Assembly (NCBI RefSeq): GCF_001194135.2
Contig: NC_068988.1
Coordinates: 55,765,296 to 55,804,917, forward strand
Length of the DNA stretch: 39,622 nt
Source of the DNA: Octopus bimaculoides
Taxonomy: Eukaryota
Reading direction: 5' to 3'
Each line of letters opens with the position of its first letter. Positions within the stretch are counted from its first letter, which is position 1. Of this stretch, positions 11,007 through 22,567 are shown one piece after another. A program made the position numbers and the translations under genes. The notes under the pieces are model-generated. The model ran no database searches and had not been told where the DNA came from. It saw nothing but the letters and a program-made list of their open reading frames with translations.

Positions 11007-11039
11007 AATATAGTATCATCGCCAGTATCATCACCTTTT

Positions 11040-11350
11040 CAATGGTCTTTCCTCTCGTAATTGGCTTTTAGTGAAGAAGGGAGTCTGATATTTTTTTACC
11101 ATTTTGTGTTTCTTGCCGTGATGCAGGTTCAAGTGGGATCCTGGACAGCAGAAGGTCAAGTCGCTTCTTGAAAACATCTTCCCTGACCCCATGTAGATAT
11201 CACAGGTTTATTAGGCAGGATATCAAGTAGCTGTGGGGCCATTGAATCCCAAGCTACAGCAGAATCTGGTCCTCACTCTAGCCGGGATGGGTTGGACTTT
11301 TCGAACGGTGCAGTGACGTCATATTCGGGGGCTGGCATAACTCTCGGGGT
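11040..11350 (-). pseudogene. Degraded 3' end of LINE ORF2 (CR1/L2/Jockey-type; clade unresolved)
   Basis: Minus-strand translation with frameshifts: RHCTVRKVQPIPARVRTRFCCSLGFNGP/QLLDILP/LHGVREDVFKKRLDLLLSRIPLEPASRQETQ, resembling the C-terminal GPxLFNxLP...FKxxLD motif of such LINEs. Confidence 0.7.
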
Positions 11351-11363
11351 TGTGTCTAATATA

Positions 11364-11503
11364 GTTTCCGCTTGCCAAATTCACTCACAAAGCACTGGTA
11401 ATTCTTGGACTATGGTAGAAGATACTTTCCTGAAATGCCACGCTGTGGGACTGAATTTGAAAGCACATGGTAACAAAGTGAGCTTCTCAACCACTCAGCT
11501 ATA
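11364..11503 (-). mobile_element. SINE family A, 5' portion, diverged
   Basis: gtttcc..ccaaattcactcacaaagc...gtgggactgaa...ccactcagc matches the reverse complement of family A. Confidence 0.75.
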
Positions 11504-12059
11504 CTTAAACAAAATTGGTGACACTCTTCTCTCTATCTGACGTTTACCTCGCACATTTTCCTCACATTTTCTCTCCACACCACATTTATATTCCATTTTA
11601 CTATTTTCTTCTCGGTCGAGGGGAAAATTTTGTTTCTTGCGTTGTTTAGCCGTATGCTAACTTCTGATCAAAGATGTTCCAACCGTAACCACCCCATATC
11701 TTTGTTTACTTGCATTTACGTTCGCCAACGTGCTAGTCATTTTGTCTTATTAAAAAGAAAAGCTTAGGGTTTGATTTGAAGGTTTTGTGAATTTTGTGAA
11801 CTACGTTCTGAAAAAAAAAAACGGTTACGTGTCACTGGTCACAAAGAACAACAACTATAACACCAACAATAACAACAACAACAACAACAGCAGCAGCAAC
11901 GACAGAAAGAACAACAAAAGAATAAATCTAGTGGAACATACAACTTTCCCAAAGAAAAATTAGTGTCGACTGGTACAAGTAAATGCACTTCATGTGCCAG
12001 AATTAGAAGAACCTCATATTTAAACAATTTCTCATGTCCGTGTCAACAGAGGAGTCGTT

Positions 12060-12250
12060 TCATGGTTGCTTGACTTGCTAAAAATAGTGGGCAATTTTCT
12101 TCCAAATCATAACCGAAATACGGTTAAAAAAATAAGGACACATTGAATAATGTAAGCCTAGTTGTACAGTCTTGAAAATTAAATATGGGGCGGCTACGAC
12201 TGGATGCACCTTGTATATAGCAAGGTTTGTTCGTTCAGGGCAGACTGGTT
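12060..12250 (+). mobile_element. Interspersed repeat family C copy
   Basis: catggttgcttgacttgctaaaaatag...ggacacattg..taatgta; reverse-oriented relative at 9185-9392. Confidence 0.55.
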
Positions 12251-12570
12251 GTTAGAGAATTTCTTATAACATTAACGATATCCCTTGCTTTTACTCTGTG
12301 GCTGTTTGAAAATTACGAATTTTTGATACACCATTTTCGCAACAAACTCTGCAACCATGCTATTTTAACCCTTTGCATGTCTAAATCATTTTTATAAGTT
12401 TGTCCTAAACGGCCATGCTTATTTTCAGACTTTTAGTTCGCCCTTGTTTCATACACGCTGATTAATATAAAGTTTTCAATTCATAAATCCCAAGTTACTC
12501 TACTGGTTGAAAAAACTGGGAATGTGTATCATATATGGATGCATGGATGCCAGGGACACACGAAACAACG

Positions 12571-12879
12571 GATGCTCAGATACTTATACCCATAAATCTC
12601 AACATCCTTGATTTTCTGCTCGTTGCATAGTTCTGTGCCATCAGATGACACCATTTTGCCTTTTTTTATGATAAGCGTACCACACATTTTAATCCCAAAT
12701 TTCATCACGATATCCTTACTGATATCAACATTGTTGAAACCAGACCATTTATTTCATGCTCGTTCTTCCCGAAGATTTTAAAGTCTTCCATATATAACAG
12801 GTGATTTAATTTTTTCTCCACTTTTCAAGATGTAACCCAATGTCACTTTCAGCAGTAGCTGTCTAAGGGGTATCATACA
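12571..12879 (-). pseudogene. Reverse-transcriptase fragment of an R2-group (R4/Dong-like) non-LTR retrotransposon
   Basis: Minus-strand translation CMIPL.../LNHLLYMEDFKIFGKNEHEINGLVST/ISKDIVMKFGIKMCGTLIIKKGK...GYKYLSI: YMDD-type catalytic motif (YMED) plus MxFGxxKC and YKYLG motifs; two frameshifts. Confidence 0.8.
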
Positions 12880-13429
12880 TGGCCATTTTTGCAATGCCCT
12901 CGAACATAATGCTATTGCGTAAACAGCAATTGATTAGGCACACTATATAATCTCGCACAAAATTTTAAGTGTAGCATCTTGAAGTCTGAATCTTAGAAAT
13001 AAAAGAAAGCGATGAAAAGTTATGGAGGTACAAATATAATTTTTAGTTCCAAGTTATTCCTTTGTTCGTGAACACTTCGACTCTGACCTACTTAATTCCT
13101 TTCTCTTCCTATCTGAATAAAGGAAGCTTTGTGATTCCGGGGTTTCTGAACTTTCCAAAAGACAATCCTTCTATAACACTCCTGTTTATAACAGCTCTGA
13201 AAGAAAAGAACAAAAGCCCACTTCCTTTTCCTTACAAATTTGTTCTTGTTGACTCAAGTAACCACGTTTTCCTATTCCGGTCAATCCCCTTTTCTTTATA
13301 TATAATGGTTAAATGATCCCTATTTAAAAAGACCGATTTAGATTAATTCATAGGAATATTTTAGTTTCAATTTTTGAATTTGAAAAAGTGGAATTTTTAA
13401 CGATCCAAAAATATATCAACCGTGTTGGC

Positions 13430-13600
13430 TAGCTATGATTGTGTGGTTAAAAGGCTCGCTTTGCAGCCGCGTGGGTCCCTAAAGTTTACCCCCATTGCTC
13501 AGCACTTTTGGCAAACGTCTTCAATTGTATTCCTGAGCTGACTGATGCCTTGTGAATGAATATTTTAGGTAGAAACTATATGGAGGCTCGCCGCGTGCAC
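13430..13600 (+). mobile_element. SINE family A-related, 5' portion, diverged
   Basis: tgtgtggttaaaagg...ttttggcaaacgtcttc...gccttgtgaatgaa...gaaactatatggagg. Confidence 0.6.
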
Positions 13601-13839
13601 ATATGCACGCGCATGCACATATGAGCACACAGGTGCAAAACAAAGCGGAGAAAATAGAACTTGAATATGAGAGGTAGAATGTAATTTTAATGTAAATTTA
13701 AGTCTTAGGTCTCATAAGGCTGGTTACTCGGTTTCCATGGCATTCAAGTAACCTAAATTGTAACATTCACCATGAACAGGATGCCGCTCCTATGAAGGGT
13801 TCAAGACCAGGAATTTTTGAAGAGATGGGGCACAATTCG

Positions 13840-14003
13840 TTTATACTGAACCCCACTACTTGACTGGCACTTTATTGTAAGCACCCCGAAGGAATGAATG
13901 ACAAAGTTGACTTCGGCGAAATTTGAACCCAGAACGTAAAAGTCGGAAGAATTGCTGCTAAGCATTTTGTCCGACGTGTTAACGACTCTGCTAGCCCGCC
14001 GTC
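13840..14003 (-). mobile_element. SINE family B, diverged
   Basis: caaagttgacttcggcgaaatttgaacccagaacg...gctaagcatttt...aacgactctgctagcccgcc. Confidence 0.8.
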
Positions 14004-14567
14004 GCCCCCTTTATAGTAGAGTGAAATATAATGAATTAATTTCTCTTTAAAATATCTATGAAACGATATCATGGGATGATGTATTGTCTAATAACCTGTG
14101 TTATATTAAAATCTATTTAAAATGACTTCAGGTGAAATGAAATTATGAAATAACATATCGTAATATATTTAACTGTATTTAAAATGACTTTCCATGAAAT
14201 GAAATTATGTTATAAGAAAATATATGCAATAGTATGCTATATGTTAAATCTTATATAATATTATTTCATGATGAAATATTCTCTTTTATTAATTCCATCC
14301 TAATCAAAAGGAAATTATACTTTTCATTTATATTTTCTAGGTCTTGGTTTCAACGAAGGAGCATCCATGTAGACATTCGACTTACTGGAAACAGCAACCA
14401 AGTCTCCCCCAAACCACTCGATGCCGTGCGCATTAGTCGTACGGTGCGCATTAAATTTGGCGGAAGGGGACCTTAAAATAAAGGAAGAATGGTTATGCTT
14501 GTACGGACAAATCTGAAAATAATACCTGTCAGTTCGCGACAGGTGTTAATTTCATACTCCTATCATT

Positions 14568-14739
14568 TATCTTTTACTTGTCTCAGTCATTGGATTGCGG
14601 TCATGCTGGAGCATCATCTTGAACAAGTTAGTTGAATCCAGACCTTATTTTTCAATCTGGTACTAATTCACCGAACCGCTAACTTTAGAGGACATAAACA
14701 AACTAACACCGGTTGTCAGGTGGTGGCTGGAGCACAAAC

Positions 14740-14778
<39 letters not shown>

Positions 14779-14861
14779 CGCAAGGTGCTGCTCAGTGGGA
14801 CTGAACCCAAAACCACACGGCTGCAAAGCGGGCTTCTTAACCACACAGCTATGCCAGCGCC
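14568..14861 (-). mobile_element. SINE family A with internal (CA)n and core deletion
   Basis: Tail cttttacttgtctcagtcatt at the left, head ...ccacacagctatgccagcgcc at the right. Confidence 0.8.
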
Positions 14862-15019
14862 TTCGTTCATGTATTATGCTTTTCTAGGTTCTTTACGGTT
14901 CCTATGTAATCTATGTAATCAGAGTTAACAGAAACTCTGTAGACCCGCTTGCACTTCACCCACGGTGCACTTAGAATCGGACAGCTGGAGGGGGAAAAGT
15001 GCTGCGCTAGCATTTTTTT

Positions 15020-15155
15020 GTTACTCAGTTTCAGCTGAGTGGAACGAGGAATATGAAATGAAGAAATGAAGTGCGTTGCTCAAGGACGCGGCATGCAGTT
15101 CCATCAAGAATCGAACCTGTGACATTATGAGTGACAACTAAACACACCAACCCTT
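15020..15155 (-). mobile_element. tRNA-headed SINE family E fragment
   Basis: Minus-strand B box aggttcgattct followed by ccttgagcaac; related copy at 25650-25779. Confidence 0.55.
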
Positions 15156-15173
15156 TGGGGTCCACACAAGATT

Positions 15174-15545
15174 AAGCTTGCTTACCAACCATGTGGTTCC
15201 AGTTTCAGTCCCATTGCGTGACACCTTGGGCAAGTGTTTTCTAGTCTAGCCTCGGGCCGACCCAAAACTTGTGAGTGGATTTGGTAGACAGAGACTGAAA
15301 GAAACCCATATGAATGTATGTATATCTATGTGTGTTGTGTTTGTGTTTGTGCCCCTATCACTACTTGATAACCGATGTTGGTGCATTTGTATTCCTGTAA
15401 CTTAGCGGTTCGCCAAAAGAAACCGATAGATTAAGTACCAGGCTTAAAAAATTTGAGAACTGAGGTCGATTCATTTGACTAAAAATTTAAGGCAGTGCCC
15501 CAGTATGGCCGCAGTCTAATGACTGAAACAAGTAAATAAAAAAAA
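15174..15545 (+). mobile_element. SINE family A, slightly 5'-truncated
   Basis: Matches 8756-9125 and 26204-26548 along its length. Confidence 0.9.
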
Positions 15546-15660
15546 GATTAAAGATAATAAATTGGTAATACCTGTTCAATACACAAAATATTTTAATAAT
15601 TATTTTTATACAATTCACTTGATTTTGATGTATTATAAAAGTTGAGGTAACTCTTCACCA

Positions 15661-15887
15661 AGGTAAATACACAATAAGAAGAGCGCGATGCGATTTGTAA
15701 TAGATTGTTTATTTAACGGTTTGAACGNNNNNNNNNNTTTTTCAAGTTCAAAATGTAAAATGAAAACAATTGCAGAAACATATTTTGAACTTAAAGAAGA
15801 CAGACGTCCTGTTGAAATATCGTTCAAACCGTTAAATATACAATCTATTACAAATTGCATCGCGCCTTTCTTATTGTCTTTTTACAT
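15661..15887. mobile_element. Foldback/MITE-like element with ~57-67 bp inverted repeats
   Basis: acaataagaagagcgcgatgcgatttgtaatagattgtttatttaacggtttgaacg (15671-15727) is the near-perfect reverse complement of 15821-15877. Confidence 0.7.
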
Positions 15888-16568
15888 ACAATTCCTAATA
15901 ATATTAATGATTAAAATATTATAGGATTTTTTTTTTAAATATCGAATGACATGGTGGGCCTACTTGGGTAAAATAGGAATCAAAGGGATCCATAGCGAAA
16001 AAATGATTGAAAAACACTGCTTTAACCACAAGACCACGCGGCTTCACCAATTGGGTTAAAACTCAGAGAAAAACAAGAATAATATCACTGCAGGCACAAA
16101 AAATATGATTCATGCATCGACAATCAAAATCCGACTGTGATCGAGATTTGAAATAAAATAAAAATAGTATTAAAACAAAAGATACATTGGAAACGGCATG
16201 AATTCCACAACTTCCTAATTCACCCATTTATTCTTTTTTCAGCCCAACAAAGTCTCCCACGCATCTTAATGCCTAATTAGCAAATCATTACTTTTTTTCC
16301 TTCTAACGATTTTCACGCATGAACGAAGTCGTAGACTGCACATTATTCGTCGTTTTAGATACACTTCACTGATTTTCTAGAATGTTCTGGTCATAGTCGT
16401 CTTAAACTGCACCCCCACTTCCCCGATTATTCTCATCCCACCACGTCCGTCAGTCGACGTAACAGGGGGTTTCCCAGAAGCTGCAATGTTTTGTTGATTT
16501 GTGTTTTCTTCTTCTTTTTTTCTTTTTGTTTTACTTTGTCTAAATTTTGGTTTGTCCACGGATTAGAT

Positions 16569-16883
16569 ATCTTTTATCTTTTACTTGTTTCAGTCATTAG
16601 ACTGTGGCCATGCTGGGGCATCATCTTGAAGAATCTTTAGTCAAATTAATCGACCTCGGTACTTGGTTCTTTGAAGTCTGTTAATTATTCTATTGGTTTC
16701 TTTTACAAACCGCTAAGTTACGGGGGACATAAACGCAACAATACCAGTTGTCAAATGATAGTAGTGGACAAATATAGACACAAAGGCATACACATACACA
16801 CACGCACGCGCACATACATATGTATGTATGTATGCATGTATGTATGTATGTATGTATGTATATATATATATGTNNNNNNNNNN

Positions 16884-16925
<42 letters not shown>

Positions 16926-17026
16926 TTGTGTATATAACGGGCTTCTATCAGTTTCCGTCAACTAAATCCACTAACAAGGATTTGGCCGACTCGATGCTAT
17001 AGTAGAAGACACTTGTCCAAGATACC
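16569..17026 (-). mobile_element. SINE family A with expanded internal (CA)/(TATG)/(TA)/(TG) microsatellite
   Basis: Tail at 16569 and core gggcttctatcagtttccgtc...gacacttgtccaag at 16939-17026. Confidence 0.85.
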
Positions 17027-17281
17027 TCTTGTCACACAGGCACGCCTGCGACTATAAGTCGAACTGAGTATCACAAAATTGTGTATCCACATTCTAGGAC
17101 CGAACTTCGAAACTATTGCACTGAAGACTTTTTTTGTGTTTCTACTCGTGCACGCGCGTATGTGTGTTTGTGTGTGTGTGTATGTGTGTGTGTGTGTGTG
17201 TCTGAACATGTCAATAGTTAACTTCCAAGTCGAACCAGCCTTGCTCTTCGGCTTTCCACTATTGACTATTTTGCTTTTCCT

Positions 17282-17449
17282 AGGCACTGCTTTTGAGGAT
17301 TTAGTCGAAAAGATTGGCCCCAGGACTTCTTCTTTCTTTCTTTCTTTCTTTCTTTCTATTCTAAAGCCTGGTACTTATTCTATTGAGTCACTTTTGCCGA
17401 ACCATTAAGTTACGGGGACGGAAATAATCCAGCACTCTCTCTCTCTATC

Positions 17450-17499
<50 letters not shown>

Positions 17500-17587
17500 G
17501 CGCGCGCGCACACACACACACACACAGAAAATATACGATGTACTTCCACAGAGTTTCCGTGTACTGAACTCACTCACAAAGCATTGG
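17282..17587 (-). mobile_element. SINE family A, fragmented by (TTTC)n, (CT)n and (CA)n tracts
   Basis: tttagtcgaa...ttttgccgaaccattaagttacggggacg and gtttccgtgtactgaactcactcacaaagcattgg. Confidence 0.7.
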
Positions 17588-18265
17588 NNNNNNNNNNNNN
17601 NNNNNNNNNNNNNNNNNNNNNNNNNNNNNNNNNNNNNNNNNNNNNNNNNNNNNNNNNNNNNNNNNNNNNNNNNNNNNNNNNNNNNNNNNNNNNNNNNNNN
17701 NNNNNNNNNNNNNNNNNNNNNNNNNNNNNNNNNNNNNNNNNNNNNNNNNNNNNNNNNNNNNNNNNNNNNNNNNNNNNNNNNNNNNNNNNNNNNNNNNNNN
17801 NNNNNNNNNNNNNNNNNNNNNNNNNNNNNNNNNNNNNNNNNNNNNNNNNNNNNNNNNNNNNNNNNNNNNNNNNNNNNNNNNNNNNNNNNNNNNNNNNNNN
17901 NNNNNNNNNNNNNNNNNNNNNNNNNNNNNNNNNNNNNNNNNNNNNNNNNNNNNNNNNNNNNNNNNNNNNNNNNNNNNNNNNNNNNNNNNNNNNNNNNNNN
18001 NNNNNNNNNNNNNNNNNNNNNNNNNNNNNNNNNNNNNNNNNNNNNNNNNNNNNNNNNNNNNNNNNNNNNNNNNNNNNNNNNNNNNNNNNNNNNNNNNNNN
18101 NNNNNNNNNNNNNNNNNNNNNNNNNNNNNNNNNNNNNNNNNNNNNNNNNNNNNNNNNNNNNNNNNNNNNNNNNNNNNNNNNNNNNNNNNNNNNNNNNNNN
18201 NNNNNNNNNNNNNNNNNNNNNNNNNNNNNNNNNNNNNNNNNNNNNNNNNNNNNNNNNNNNNNNNN

Positions 18266-18288
18266 GACAGACAGACAGACAGACAGAC

Positions 18289-18335
<47 letters not shown>

Positions 18336-18430
18336 CAGATAGATAGGTAAATAGATAGATAGGTAAATAGATAGGTAAATAAATAGATAGATAGAAAATA
18401 GATGGATAGAGAGGTAAATAGACAGATAGG

Positions 18431-18493
<63 letters not shown>
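18266..18493. repeat. (CAGA)n/(TAGA)n tetranucleotide microsatellite
   Basis: Directly visible; source of the IYLS-repeat ORF. Confidence 0.95.
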
Positions 18494-19022
18494 CCATCAA
18501 ACAGAGACCAATAAGAGGAAAATGTTAGAAAATAATGATAATATATTCTGAATATATCAGAGCTGATGGCGTTTTTTCTCTAAAAATAAAAAAAAAGGAA
18601 AAGCAAAAGATATTTCTTGCCCTTTGCATGAGGGATGAGATGAAATGTAAAGTGAGATAACCTAGCTTCCGGCCAACCTGTATCACACCTTGAACGATGC
18701 GCGATTCGCCACGCATTTTATGTGAAACGAATAAAACATAACACAACAGCAGGTGTCCGGAAATGGCCCAGTAAGTACACCGAGAACCTTCTCCCCAAAC
18801 TTATTACCATCTGATGCTGGCAGTTATTGTTGTTACTATTCCAATTGTTTCTGTGACTCGGGCTGTTATCTGACGTTGCTGGTCATATTTGGTCTTACCG
18901 TCGTCGTTAATATGGTTGTTGCTATCTGATATTGTTGCTGTTGTTTTTGGTGTTGTTGTTGTTGTTGTCAATGTCTGTAGTTTGCGGCCTTGTTGCTTTG
19001 GTTATCGCTACTTCTTGTTCTT

Positions 19023-19877
19023 TCAAGGCAGAGAGTTGGCAGAGTCGTCAGCACATCGGTCAAAATACTTAGGGACGTCTTTGCATTTTCAGTCAAAATT
19101 CCGCCGGGACCTACTGTGCCGGGATCAGCCTTTTGAAGTCGATAAAATGTACCGGTTGAGTACTGAGGTCGTAATCGGTGTGCCTTCGCCTCCTAAATTA
19201 CGAGCCGTGTGCCAAATTTTGATGCTATCAATATTCCTTATTCCCTCACGGTGGTGAGCTGGCAGAATTGTTAGCAGGGCGGACAAAATACTTAACAACA
19301 TTTCACTGTCTTTAAGAACTGAGTTTAAATTCGCCGAGGTAGACTTTGCTTTTCTTCCTTTCAGGGTCGACAAAATAAGTACCAGTTGCACCCTGAGGTC
19401 GATATAATCAACTAGCCCCTGTTCCTAAAATTTCAAGCCGTGTGACTATAATAGAAAGGATTATTTCTTGGTCTCTGGTGTTCCTGCTGTTGTTCACGTT
19501 ATTTGTGTTGCTATTCTTTGTTGCTATTGAAGCGGGCAAGCTGACAGAATCGTTATCTTCAGCAACATTTCTTCCGGCTTAACGCTCTGAGTTCAAATTC
19601 TGCCGAGGTCAGCTTTGTCTTTCACCCTTTCGAGGTCAATAAAATAATCACAGTTAAGCACCGGAATCGAAGTAATTTTCTACTTACCCCTCGAAATTGC
19701 TGTCCTTGTGCCAAAATTTGAAACCGTTACCAAGGTAGCGAGCTGGCAGAATCGTTACCGCGTTGGAAAAATGCTTAGCAGCATTTCCTCTGTCTTTACA
19801 TTCTGAGTTCAAATTCTATCGAGGTCAACTTTGCTTTTCATCCTTTCGGGATCAATAGAATAAGTACTAGTTGAACA
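19023..19877 (+). mobile_element. Cluster of four co-oriented family B SINEs (19023-19230, 19248-19462, 19530-19727, 19731-19877)
   Basis: Each has a gagc/ttg(g/a)cagaat/gtcgt head, a B-box-like segment and a gtc(g/a)ataaaat core. Confidence 0.85.
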
Positions 19878-19887
19878 NNNNNNNNNN

Positions 19888-19952
<65 letters not shown>

Positions 19953-20579
19953 TAAATACACTTGTATAAGGGATGACCACTAGGTGGACATCCAATATGC
20001 TACAAAGAGATAGATAGATAGATAACTTTGAAAGGTTTCAGCCAGTATAGGCCCAGGCCATGTCTAACTTTATAGCTACACCTCGTGAAGTCCCATATAT
20101 GGGACATCATGGCCCACTTTAACAAAGAGTCATTATTGTTGGAGATATATCCGGGTGTAGGAGATTGGTCCGGGATTTTTTTTTTTTGAGAAATTTGTCC
20201 AGGGAACTTTTGAATTTTATGGGATCTGTTTCCGTCTTGATGTATTTTGGTATAATATTAAAGACAGCTGGACCGGTTGTGATAAAATAGTATATGTATA
20301 TAGTAGTATATATGTATATGCATGCATGAATGTATCTACGTACGGATGTTTGTTCGCTTGTTCTAGTTAAATTTATTGTTTCTCATCAATGGAGATAGTC
20401 TTCATTGAAAGTCAGGCAACAACAACTAGGTAGTGATGTGTTTATTTACGTATCTTTATATGTATGTGTGTTCATGTAAGTGCGTATGCGTGCATGTTAT
20501 TACATGTATAGATATGTATGTTTTGATTTATGTGTGTGCACATATACATATATTTGTATATACTGTTTGCACTTATTAT

Positions 20580-21600
20580 TGGCTAAACCTCTGGAATGTT
20601 ACTTAACCTATTTTCATATCTCTGTTAATGGAATGTAACTGATTTCTTACCTAGTTTTGTCTTTTCTCATTTTATGAATCCCGGCTGCTTGAGACCGATG
20701 TTGAGATAGTTAATTGCATAACTAACTACTTCTATAATTACAGTTATAAATCTAAAGTTACAATCCAGGTGCAGTATCTGTGTATTTATCATTAGTTTAG
20801 TATCGATATTTTCTTTTTCGTTCATATTATGTTAACGCCTGCTGAACGACTGATTTCTACAACAGTACATATTTTTTATCTGTTCCAGATCATTTGTCTG
20901 GGGATTTCATTTTTTACAGAGTTTTTCACTAGAACATTCAATCAGTATCCATTAATATCATAAGTGAGTATACCTTCCATATCATTGTAAACTGAGAGAT
21001 GCATAATCGGTGTTAAGGTCGCCGAGCTTGCATCAGTCGTCATATGTCGATGTTTTATCTACTTTGCTATCCCGCTAGGCATTAGGTAGTTTGTTATTTT
21101 CTAATCCTGGATTTCAAAAGCAAACTCTTTAGAGTGTAAAGTGTAAAGCTTGTAAACTAGCTGGTATTCCAAGATAGACTTATCTGGTTATCTATGATAC
21201 TGCTATTCTAACTTTTTTCTAGCAACATAAATCATGCAAGACGTTTGATTGATTAGCAGAAAGCCTTTCATCTTTTTCAGTTGCGCTAAATCTGTGCAAC
21301 CCCTGATCATCAGTCAGCGTTTCAACTCTCATGGGGCTATTTCCTTCATGAATGAACACTTGAGCCATGGATGCACTTCAGTGCAGTATTGTTAGTAGAA
21401 GTTATCTCCGGGATAAAATGCGACATTCAAACGACTGATTCGATGTTTTAATTTTAGACAGCGGCGGCCATTTTCATTGCTGATGAAATTTCTGTTAGTA
21501 GTCTTCGAGTTTCCTTATCCAAATTCGTGATCTCAGCCAGCGTTTAATTGAATAGCCTTAATATTGGTTACGAGTAATGGTGCAGTATACGTTGTGGGCC
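20580..21600 (-). pseudogene. Heavily degraded 3' half of an R2-group (R4/Dong-like) LINE
   Basis: Minus-strand peptides in the expected order: N*TLAEITNLDKETRRLLT, EFAFEIQD*KITNY, DD*CKL, IGLKQPGFIK, LSNIPEV; many stops. Confidence 0.5.
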
Positions 21601-22330
21601 TATTATTCATTTAATTCAGTGAACCCGAAAGACCATGTTTATAAACTCTGTTTCTCATATTCCCTGGGGTTAACTGAAAGTAGAAAAAAAGACATTATAG
21701 AGAAAATATCTCGTTGAATTATAACTCCGTGGTAATGTATTCTACCATTGACAAAACAACCACTTCTCGTATTTTAAATTCAGAATGATAACACAAGACA
21801 AAGTTAGTTTGCTTATGGTGTTACTTATGGTGTTACAGATCTCTGGAACTGTTCTAGAGATCATAAAGCAACACCATAGGCAAACTAACTTTGACTTTCA
21901 AGTCAAAGGACTTCTGGTCTATATGAGTGAAGTACAGAATCGAATCTTTATTATACACCGGTTAGCCCACATACAGTTGTTCGACCTGAGGCATTTAGCA
22001 GCTAAATCTGCATCAAGTAAAATCTTTTCGCTGTATAGAAATACAAGGGGAACTAAAACGCATTCATAGACACACTATTCTTAAAACAAAAAGGAGAGAC
22101 TATCATAGCTAGAAGGCCTTTCGCCATAGGTCTTGCTCAGTTTCGACTGGCCTTGGAAACGATTACAAAGTAATTATACATTTTGTAGATACAAAGCACT
22201 GTGTATTTAGTTCAATAAAATGGTGTAGATAGAGACCGCAACCCACGATGAGAAAGACACCACCACCTTAATTAGTTGCTGTTATAGGCCACATAAATAC
22301 GTATATACATGTAATGTATGTGTATACACG

Positions 22331-22567
22331 TTTGAATGTGGTGTATGCCAGAAGGCTTGCAAATCCAATGGGGGTCTTAAAAGACATGTTAGGATCCACA
22401 ATGAGCAGAACTTACCTGCAGGTATTGGTAGTACAAATCAGAGGTGCAATCTGTGTAGGTGTTTTTTCAAAACATTGTCTGGTTTAAAAAGCCACATCAG
22501 ATGCCATGAAAGGGATAAGGTGTAGGCACAGGAGGTGGTCAAACTCTGTGTAAGGAGTAGACAACGA

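Noticed and set aside
15984-16019. hAT-type MITE right end (gggatcc...gaaaaacactg)
   Set aside because: No matching left TIR or 8-bp TSD was found.
21281-21400. Possible + strand exon after ttcatctttttcag
   Set aside because: No donor before the stop; the region is better explained as an antisense LINE fossil.
22229-22525. Host C2H2 zinc-finger gene exon
   Set aside because: No TGEKP linker or clear splice acceptor, and an immediate short UTR plus (TA)n tail favours a LINE 3' end; kept as a mobile-element finding.
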